Of a stretch of DNA of 63,018 nucleotides, positions 39,050 to 45,973 are shown one piece after another. Position 1 is the first letter of the stretch, and every line of letters begins with the position of its first letter. The translations under genes and the position numbers were made by a program. This DNA comes from Solirubrobacterales bacterium. GTDB taxonomy: Bacteria > Actinomycetota > Thermoleophilia > Solirubrobacterales > JBBDJG01. The notes below the pieces were generated by a model. That model saw nothing but the letters and a program-made list of their open reading frames with translations, was not told the origin of the DNA and made no database searches. The DNA is taken from positions 1 to 63,018 of the forward strand of contig JBBDJG010000035.1 in assembly GCA_040880005.1 (NCBI GenBank), given 5' to 3'.

Positions 39050-41683
39050 CTAACCGGTCGCGGCGGCGGGCTCGTCGACGTCGCGCTTCGGCTCCTGTTC
39101 CGGCTCCGGCTTCTGCTCGCGCTCCCGCTGCTCTTGAACCTTCGGCTCGCGTCGCTTGTCGGGCCCACGCCTCGCGCCCGACTTGCGTCTGCGATTCGAC
39201 GACGCCTCGCCGCCGGACTTCCTCTTCTTGGTCCGCTTGCGGCGCCGCTTGCCCTTGGGGAAGTTCCGGACAAGCTCGCGCGCCAGCGCCGACGGCTTGC
39301 GCGCCATGCGGTTGCGGGCGCCGCGCAGCACCTCTTCGCCCTCCGGCGTGTGGGTCACCGCGGCCGCGAGCAGCGCGGCCGACAGTCTGCGGTCCTGCTT
39401 GCGCGATGCATGCACGAGCCGTCGCGCGTTGCGGCCGTGCGCCGGTCCGGACGAGTTCACCAGCAGGCCGAGCAGCCGCTTGGTCTCGGGCCAGCGCGCA
39501 ACTGCGTACTCCTCGTGCGTGTCGCGCGAGTACTCGGCCAGCCGCCACAGCCACGCCTGCGCCTGGTCGCGGCGGCCGATGCGGCGCTCGGCGAGCGCCT
39601 GCAAGAGGATCTTTGCTCCCTCTCGGCGGTCCTCGCGCTGCCAGTTGCCGACGATGTCGATCGCCTCGTCGAGCGCCTCCGCGTCGCGGCGAGCCGCGAT
39701 CTCCAGCAGCGCACGCTGCTTGAGTGCCGAGTTGCGGTTGCGCTGCACGCAGGTGAGCAGGAAGCGACGTCGCAGCTCGCCGTTGGGATCGTTGTGCAGC
39801 ATCGCCTTGGCGCGGCGCCAGCCGTTGGGCACCACGCGCGCGCCGGCGAGCGCGGCCCAGACGTGCTGCTGGTCCGGCGGCAGATATTCGACGGCGATGC
39901 GCCACAACTCGCGCTCCAGCACGCGCTGGCGGCGCTCCCAGTCGTCCGTTACCGGGACGATGCGGCGCTCCACTCGCAGCCGCCGTCCGCGACCGCGGCG
40001 AACCGGCCCGACGACGATCGCGCCGCCGCGATACACGTCGCGGTCGAGCAGCTTGTGCAGCGTGACGATCGGCTCGTCGTGCGAGGTCGAGGGGTGCACG
40101 AAGTCCACCACGATGCCCGCCTCCTTGCCCGGGTTGCGGCGGGTGACACGGCCGACCCGCTGCTGGTAGACGCGCTTCGACGCGGTCGGTGCCAGGTGCA
40201 TGCAGACGGTAGCCCGGGGCGAGTTCCAGCCCTCCGCCAGCAGCATCGCGTTGGCGAGCACGTCGATCTCGCCGCGCTCGAACGCGGCCAGCGTCTCGGC
40301 GAGCTGGCGCTTGGGGGTCTCGCCGGAGACCGCCTCGGCCTTGATCCCGGCCGCTTTGAACGCGGCCGCGACATTGGTGGCGTGCTTGACGCCGGCCGTG
40401 TAGACGATCCCCGCCAGGTTCTTGAAGCGCGCGCGGTAGAGGTCCGCGACCGCCGCGTTGAACGGGCCCTGGTCGAGCAGTGCGGCCAGCTGCTCCTGAT
40501 CGAAGTCCTGATCGACCTCGCCCTTGCGCAGCGGCACGTTGGCGAGCGTGTGGACGCTATGGCCCGGCGGGATGCGAACGCAGCGAAGTGGCGCGATCAC
40601 GCCGCGGCGGGCCGCCTGCGCGAGGTCGAAGCGGCTCGTCTGGGTTGGAAAGAGGTCGGCGACGTGACGCGCGATCAGCGCGCCGGTCGCGGTCATGCCG
40701 ACGAAGATCGGGCCGAGCCAGCGACGGATCGAGGCGCTGGTCTTCTCACCCAGCGCAGTGTGGGCCTCGTCGCAGATGACGATCGTGTACGCGTCGGAGA
40801 TCTTGCCGCCGTTGCGTACGAACCACTGGTAGGTCTCGACCGTCACCGGGCCGTCGCCACGGTCCTTCGGACGCAGCAGCGGTGGGGAGATGCGGTCGCG
40901 GTAGCCACGGTCGCGCAGCTCGCCGAGGAACTGATCGACGAGGTTGCGCCGGTGGGTGAGGATCAAGATTCCGCCCGTGCGCGAGGCTTCGACAAAGCCG
41001 AGCGCGGCGACCGTCTTGCCGGCGCCGGTCGCGTGCTCGAACCAGAAGCGCCGCGCCGCGCCCGGGTCCTCGGGCTGCTCGGGTAGCTGCTCTTCTTCTT
41101 CTTCCGCGTCCGCTTCTCCGACCAGCTCTCCCTCGACCTCTTCCTCGGGCTGCTCGTCCTGCGCCTCCTCCTGCTCTCCCTCTTCCTCGATGACGGCGTC
41201 CAGCTCTTCGGCCAGCTCGCTGAGGCCGTCCAGCGCGGGCTCCTCCTCCGGCTCCTCCTCGAGCTCCTCTTCCTCTTCCTCTTCGAGATCGGGCACGTCG
41301 AGGTCCTCGACCGGCGCAGGCACGGCGCCGCCGTTGCGCATCTCGGCCTCGGCGACCAGCGCGGTCAGCGTGCCGGAAAGCGCGTCGACCTGGTGCGCGT
41401 CGAGCGTGGCGCCGTCGGCGAGCTTGGACTCGTCGGTGGCGAGCAGCCGTTCCAGCCCCAGCATCAGCGAGTACTGCTGGCGCCACTCGAGCGAGGGCTC
41501 GCCGTTGCCGGCCTCGATCTCCGCCAGCGCGGCATCGACCGCCCGGCGGCGAGCGGTTCCCGGCTCCAGTGCTTCTCGGTCGTCGTCCGCTATCGGCTCA
41601 CGCGTCCATTCCGACACGCGCTCGAGTTCGTCGCGCGATGGAAACGACGCGGCCTTCGCGGCCACTTCGGTCGTATTAGCCAT
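39050..41683 (-). CDS. Superfamily 2 DEAH helicase (ResIII/SSL2-like) with an acidic insertion
   Basis: HATGAGKT, ICDEAH, MTAT, LAEGWNSP, QQRVGRVTR; start 41683 or 41716. Confidence 0.88.
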   Translation of the reverse strand: MANTTEVAAKAASFPSRDELERVSEWTREPIADDDREALEPGTARRRAVDAALAEIEAGNGEPSLEWRQQYSLMLGLERLLATDESKLADGATLDAHQVDALSGTLTALVAEAEMRNGGAVPAPVEDLDVPDLEEEEEEELEEEPEEEPALDGLSELAEELDAVIEEEGEQEEAQDEQPEEEVEGELVGEADAEEEEEQLPEQPEDPGAARRFWFEHATGAGKTVAALGFVEASRTGGILILTHRRNLVDQFLGELRDRGYRDRISPPLLRPKDRGDGPVTVETYQWFVRNGGKISDAYTIVICDEAHTALGEKTSASIRRWLGPIFVGMTATGALIARHVADLFPTQTSRFDLAQAARRGVIAPLRCVRIPPGHSVHTLANVPLRKGEVDQDFDQEQLAALLDQGPFNAAVADLYRARFKNLAGIVYTAGVKHATNVAAAFKAAGIKAEAVSGETPKRQLAETLAAFERGEIDVLANAMLLAEGWNSPRATVCMHLAPTASKRVYQQRVGRVTRRNPGKEAGIVVDFVHPSTSHDEPIVTLHKLLDRDVYRGGAIVVGPVRRGRGRRLRVERRIVPVTDDWERRQRVLERELWRIAVEYLPPDQQHVWAALAGARVVPNGWRRAKAMLHNDPNGELRRRFLLTCVQRNRNSALKQRALLEIAARRDAEALDEAIDIVGNWQREDRREGAKILLQALAERRIGRRDQAQAWLWRLAEYSRDTHEEYAVARWPETKRLLGLLVNSSGPAHGRNARRLVHASRKQDRRLSAALLAAAVTHTPEGEEVLRGARNRMARKPSALARELVRNFPKGKRRRKRTKKRKSGGEASSNRRRKSGARRGPDKRREPKVQEQREREQKPEPEQEPKRDVDEPAAATG

Positions 41684-41943
41684 ATCGAGGCTTCCTGAAT
41701 GGTTGGACGCCGTCACAGGCTCAAGGCGGCTTGCGACGCTCGTCCCGGTATGCCGTCTCCGTTGCGGCTGCTGACGGCGGCCCCGCGGCCGGCTTCCTCG
41801 TAGCCGGGCGCGATGCCCCTGTATTAAAGCAGCGACCTGCCCCGAAAGACGAACGGCCGGTCCGGCGCCTCGCCAGGCGTCCTACGCTAGCTTTCGACCG
41901 TCAGGCGCCGATCTTGAGCTTCCCAAGCCGAATGAGGACCGAA

Positions 41944-42522
41944 ATGCGGGGCCGGGCCCGGCTGGCCTGGGCCATTGCCGTCCTGATTTCGCTGGCGATC
42001 GGCGGCTGCGGCTCGAGCCAGCCGAAGAGCGCCTATACCGCGGCGGAGCTGAAGGCGGCGGTGAAGGGGGCGCCCGAGCCGCTGGCGCGGCTGTATGCGA
42101 GGGGAGGCGAGCTGGTGGATGGCGACCCGGCCGCCTACAAGCGCCAGATCGCCGCGCTGCACGGCTACCCGATCGTGGTCAACAAGTGGGCCTCGTGGTG
42201 CGGGCCTTGCAAGCTCGAGTTTCCGATCTTTCAGGAGGTCGTTGCAAGACAGGGCAAGAAGGTGGCGTTCCTGGGCGTGGACGTGCAAGACGTGAGGGAG
42301 GACGCGGAGGAGTTTCTGAAGGAAACCCCCGTGCCCTATCCGAGCTTCTTCGACCCGCGCGGCAAGATCGCGGAGCTGCTGCCGGCAGCGACCGACGGGC
42401 TACCGACCACGTCGTTCTATGACCGCGAGGGGACGCTCGTTTACACGAAGCCGGGGCCCTACGCGACGCGGGCGGCGCTGGAGAAGGACTTGGCGCAGCA
42501 CGCGGGGGCGCCGGTCAGCTGA
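41944..42522 (+). CDS. TlpA/ResA-like thiol-disulfide oxidoreductase lipoprotein
   Basis: Lipobox-like IGGC; VNKWASWCGPC..E.P, GLPTT. Confidence 0.9.
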   Translation: MRGRARLAWAIAVLISLAIGGCGSSQPKSAYTAAELKAAVKGAPEPLARLYARGGELVDGDPAAYKRQIAALHGYPIVVNKWASWCGPCKLEFPIFQEVVARQGKKVAFLGVDVQDVREDAEEFLKETPVPYPSFFDPRGKIAELLPAATDGLPTTSFYDREGTLVYTKPGPYATRAALEKDLAQHAGAPVS

Positions 42523-42588
42523 CAGCGCAACTATGCAGGCGCATCGAACACCTGCTCAACGAAGAACCGCGCCGCCGGTTCGAGTTGA

Positions 42589-42714
42589 TCACCGAGCATC
42601 GTAGGCAAGGGCAATCGCGGCGCCACCGACCACGTACATCTCGCCTTGCACGCCGCGCTCGGCAAGCAACGAGCCGAGCGCGGTTAGCGTGTCGATGATC
42701 TCCTGGCGATTCAT
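42589..42714 (-). pseudogene. Truncated DUF6036-like nucleotidyltransferase toxin
   Basis: MNRQEIIDTLTALGSLLAERGVQGEMYVVGGAAIALAYDAR*STR; in-frame TGA just before the expected TxDxD motif. Confidence 0.7.
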
Positions 42715-42717
42715 CGC

Positions 42718-43152
42718 TCAGCACCGGTGCAGGGCGCCGCGGGAGATGAAGATTCCTCTGCGCCGGAATGCGCTGGGAGACTCGACGATCGTCATTGCCC
42801 TGAAACCGGGCACCTCGGACACGAACCAGAACCGAGCGAGGAACCGTCCTTCTGCCAGGGACCATTCCGGGCGCGCGAGCGAGTGTTTAGCCGCGAGATG
42901 CTCCGCGAGGGCGCCCAGATAGGCGTCGTAGCGTGGCTCGGCGGTCGGCTGCGGCTCGTCCCGTATGGATCGCGAACGCTGTCTGTCGTTGGCCAGCAAG
43001 CCGAACTCATCGAGCAGCTCCCGGACGGCAAACCGGAACGGCTCCCCAGCGATGACCCGCCGGGCAATGCCTGCCAAGGATTGATTGAATTGCTCGTCAT
43101 CGGGCGGGTGTTCCGCCAGCCAGTCATGCAACGTGTATTCAACCTGCTTCAT
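42718..43152 (-). CDS. Putative antitoxin partner of the DUF6036-like nucleotidyltransferase
   Basis: EP..T.EPRYDAYLGALAEHLA...RFWF...SPSAFRRRGIF pattern; ends 3 nt before the NTase start. Confidence 0.65.
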   Translation of the reverse strand: MKQVEYTLHDWLAEHPPDDEQFNQSLAGIARRVIAGEPFRFAVRELLDEFGLLANDRQRSRSIRDEPQPTAEPRYDAYLGALAEHLAAKHSLARPEWSLAEGRFLARFWFVSEVPGFRAMTIVESPSAFRRRGIFISRGALHRC

Positions 43153-43260
43153 CCGGAGCACGATAGCGGCCGGATCAGCGACGCAGGTGCTGCCGGCCAG
43201 GAGCATCCAATGAGGGGAACGAAGCGCTGTCGGTCCTCGCGTAGGCCCCGATCAGCCGAG

Positions 43261-43390
43261 CTACAGCCAGTGAACCAGGCTGGCGGGCTTGTTCGAGGGA
43301 AGCTCGTCGAGCAGCTTCGCGAGCGCGCTCACGATTCGACCCACGGTCCTCGCCGCTCCGCGGCGATACCTGCTCGGATCGACCAATACC
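43261..43390 (-). pseudogene. C-terminal remnant of a DUF5615-like PIN toxin
   Basis: VLVDPSRYRRGAARTVGRIVSALAKLLDELPSNKPASLVHWL* resembles DUF5615 C-termini; no 5' part. Confidence 0.45.
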
Positions 43391-43404
43391 AAGCCGAAGT
43401 GCGT

Positions 43405-43473
43405 CTCGGGGCGCACGCAAGCCGGGCGGCGTTGGAGAAGGACGTCAGGGAGTACTGGGGCGGCGGCTCGTAG
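43405..43473 (+). pseudogene. Duplicate 3' end of a tlpA-like gene
   Basis: CGGGCGGCG(C/T)TGGAGAAGGAC at 42469-42489 and 43423-43443 (20/21); peptide GAHASRAALEKDVREY vs GPYATRAALEKDLAQH. Confidence 0.65.
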
Positions 43474-43474
43474 G

Positions 43475-43518
43475 CCGCCGAGTCAGATTCCTCATGCGGA
43501 CCAGTAGCGCCGCCGAAG
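43475..43518. repeat. 44-bp direct repeat, left copy
   Basis: CCGCCGA(G/A)TCAGATTCCTCATGCGGACCAGTAGCGCCGCCGAAG; 43/44 identical to 44213-44256. Confidence 0.92.
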
Positions 43519-43526
43519 CGATGGCT

Positions 43527-43928
43527 TCATGCGGCGATCGCAAGAACCCGCAGGCCCGGCACGCGACGGAAGTCGCCCGCGTTACGCGTTGCAACTCCGA
43601 GGCCATGCGCCAGTCCGGTGGCGGCGATCCACAGATCGTGCGCTCCGACTGTCTCGCCTTGTGCGGCCAACTCTGCCCATATCTGAGCATGGACGCGCGC
43701 CACCGGCTCAGTGACCGGTATCGCCTCGATTCCCGCGAGTAGATGCTCGACGAACGCCTGGCGGCGGGCACGCCTGTCTCCAGCCGATCGATGGACTCCG
43801 TGCAACAGCTCGCTGATCGTTATGACGCTGATCGCGCGATCCTCTTCCCCGACAAGCGCGTCGATCGCGTTCGCAGGTGCACCCCGCTCGCGATCCGCCA
43901 GCAGGTCGGTGTCGATCAGGACGGCCAG
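43527..43928 (-). CDS. vapC: VapC PIN-domain toxin (probable CTG start)
   Basis: (M)AVLIDTD, ISVITISELLHG, HDLWIAATG, VATRNAGDF.RVPGL. Confidence 0.88.
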   Translation of the reverse strand: MAVLIDTDLLADRERGAPANAIDALVGEEDRAISVITISELLHGVHRSAGDRRARRQAFVEHLLAGIEAIPVTEPVARVHAQIWAELAAQGETVGAHDLWIAATGLAHGLGVATRNAGDFRRVPGLRVLAIAA

Positions 43929-44182
43929 GGACTCTCCGGCAGGCCCGCCTCGGTGCGAATCGCATCGAGGTCGGCCCCGAAGTCCGAGTCGACCGACGGC
44001 GCGGAGCGAAGCAAATCGCCGAACCGGCTCGCCGGCAGGAGGGTGCTGCGCACCGGCCCGATGACAGCCACCGGCGAGCCGTTCCGCACCACCTCGGTCG
44101 CCTCGCCAGCGGCAGCACGGTTGAGAATCTCCGAGAAGTTGCGAGCGGCCTCCGTGGCAGTGATCCTGTTCACAGCGCCCAT
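43916..44182 (-). CDS. vapB: Phd/YefM family antitoxin
   Basis: ITATEAARNFSEILNRAAAGE...V.RNGSPVAVIGP; overlaps vapC. Confidence 0.88.
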   Translation of the reverse strand: MGAVNRITATEAARNFSEILNRAAAGEATEVVRNGSPVAVIGPVRSTLLPASRFGDLLRSAPSVDSDFGADLDAIRTEAGLPESPWPS

Positions 44183-44185
44183 TGT

Positions 44186-44201
44186 ATCAGATTAATCTGA
44201 T
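44186..44201. promoter_or_regulatory. Perfect 16-bp palindrome, probable vapBC autorepression operator over a leaderless -10
   Basis: ATCAGATTAATCTGAT immediately upstream of the vapB ATG. Confidence 0.7.
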
Positions 44202-44209
44202 TAGGTGAT

Positions 44210-44644
44210 TCACCGCCGAATCAGATTCCTCATGCGGACCAGTAGCGCCGCCGAAGGCGTGACCTTGCCCGTGGCGTAGGTCGACAGCCGGGAGGCCGAG
44301 GTTCCGATCCGCGACGCGAAGGCCGCCCGGGAGAGTCCTGATTCGTGGATCAGGTCCGCGACCTCGGCGGCGACCGCGGCGCGCTCCTCGGCCTCCGCTC
44401 GCGCGCGAGCGCCGGCGATCACCCGCTCGAACGCGTCCGTCACACCGTAAGGGCGAGTGCCGACAAGGGTTTCCTCGACCTGGCGGGCGACCGACCCCCA
44501 GGGGTCGCGCACGATGGCCCCGGCCAGCCGCCGCCAATCGGCGAGGCCGCCGCGCTCCAGCGCGGCGCGCACGGCCTCCAAGGGCCAGACTTCGACGTCC
44601 TGGTCGGGCGACGCCGTGACGTTTCGGAACGCGAGCGCGCTCAC
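44210..44644 (-). CDS. XRE-type HTH protein (putative antitoxin)
   Basis: C-terminal SGLSRAAFASRIGTSASRLSTYATGKVTPS; GTGA overlap with the upstream NTase. Confidence 0.82.
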   Translation of the reverse strand: MSALAFRNVTASPDQDVEVWPLEAVRAALERGGLADWRRLAGAIVRDPWGSVARQVEETLVGTRPYGVTDAFERVIAGARARAEAEERAAVAAEVADLIHESGLSRAAFASRIGTSASRLSTYATGKVTPSAALLVRMRNLIRR

Positions 44645-45333
44645 TCGGCCACCATCCTTGCGGCTACTTGCCCGAGCGTTTCGACGACCGCGCTCCAGTC
44701 TTCCCAGCGGGGGTCGAGTCTGCGGTAGGAAGCGAGCTGGCGGGTGGCGGTCGGGTCGGCGGGACGAGGATCGGCGAGCTGCCGCACGAGCTGCGAGGCG
44801 ATGCCGTCCTCGCTCTCGTTCTGGTCGGCGTAGTAGCCGTCGATTGCCGCCAGCACTGCCGCGGCCGGCTTGATACCAGCGTGCTCGGCAAGCGCCGCGA
44901 CATCGAGGTAGTCGCGGGTCATGTTGCGCCGAACGATCAGGAAGGCCTTGATTCGCAGCGTCTCATCGAGGGTGGGTACGGCGACTTCGTCGCCCGAAGG
45001 CAGGCGAAGACTTGAAACCTCGAGCGGCGCGGTGCGGACCATCTGGCGCACGCCGGCCTCCACTCCATCGAGGTTCCCGAGGATCACCTTCCCCGGGGTG
45101 ACGCGATTCGTCGCCCAGCCCTCGTCGGTCTCCAGCGCGTCGAGCACCATCTCGAAGCGACCGGCGAGATCGGCGACCACGTGATCGTGGTCGAGCGATT
45201 CCCGGTGGTCGTCGTGCACGATCGCTGCCGTGCCGCCGATGAGCACCGCGTCGGGAACGAGACGTTGCAGGTGGGCCGCCGACTCGAGCACGGCCAGCAG
45301 TTGGGGATCACGGTGGCCGAGGCTTGATGACAC
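44641..45333 (-). CDS. AbiEii-like nucleotidyltransferase (putative toxin)
   Basis: LIGGTAA...HRESLDHD (GG..RxSxDxD) and K......RNMTRDYLD motifs. Confidence 0.75.
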   Translation of the reverse strand: MSSSLGHRDPQLLAVLESAAHLQRLVPDAVLIGGTAAIVHDDHRESLDHDHVVADLAGRFEMVLDALETDEGWATNRVTPGKVILGNLDGVEAGVRQMVRTAPLEVSSLRLPSGDEVAVPTLDETLRIKAFLIVRRNMTRDYLDVAALAEHAGIKPAAAVLAAIDGYYADQNESEDGIASQLVRQLADPRPADPTATRQLASYRRLDPRWEDWSAVVETLGQVAARMVAE

Positions 45334-45547
45334 TCGGTCACGTTATCAGATCCGATATGAAGTGCGCTATCCGGACCCGGCCGGCGTCAGACACACCGCC
45401 GCAGCAGTTCGGCGAGCGTGACCTCGCCGATCCGCCGTGACCCGCTCGCGAGAGAGCGCTCGCAGTTGCTCAGGGACCGCAAGGCCTTCCTCGCTCAGCC
45501 CGCCTCAATGCGAATCACCGCGAATCACCGCGGATCGGCACCCTCCT

Positions 45548-45973
45548 CTAGCCATCGCGGACCCGATCATTTGCAAAGAGCGCAACGAGCGCCTGATGCA
45601 CCACAAGGCCAGCACCAAGACATGCGAGGACTGCTGCGATGCGCCAAGCAGGCGTGTCAATGGCATAGGAGAACGGTATCGCAGCTACCAGCGTTACCAA
45701 TCCCCCGTAGTAGAAGACCCTCGCCGTCAATGGTGCAGGAGGTTTGGGGGGAAACCGCCAGCTCCATAAGTCGGCACGCGACAATAGCCCGGTAGTTAGC
45801 AAGAGGCAAACGGCCGTGCCAGCGCCAACAAGTTCCGGACTATCTGACAAAGTAGCCAGGACTATCGGGGTTAGAGCCACTACGCCCAGGCCACCAATAC
45901 ACAGCATCAGATCCCGGTGCGATGTATGGCCCTGCCCTCCACGGCGTCCAAGCTGAGCTTGGCGCTGAGTCAT
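45548..45973 (-). CDS. Putative Rhs immunity protein, ~4 TM
   Basis: 141 aa; ATGA overlap with the Rhs stop; visibly lower GC; four hydrophobic segments. Confidence 0.65.
   Translation of the reverse strand: MTQRQAQLGRRGGQGHTSHRDLMLCIGGLGVVALTPIVLATLSDSPELVGAGTAVCLLLTTGLLSRADLWSWRFPPKPPAPLTARVFYYGGLVTLVAAIPFSYAIDTPAWRIAAVLACLGAGLVVHQALVALFANDRVRDG

Noticed and set aside
45340..45547. Possible orphan Rhs-CT/immunity cassettes downstream of rhs
   Set aside because: No second DPxNxxDxxG core fragment found; only a short GCGAATCACC duplication
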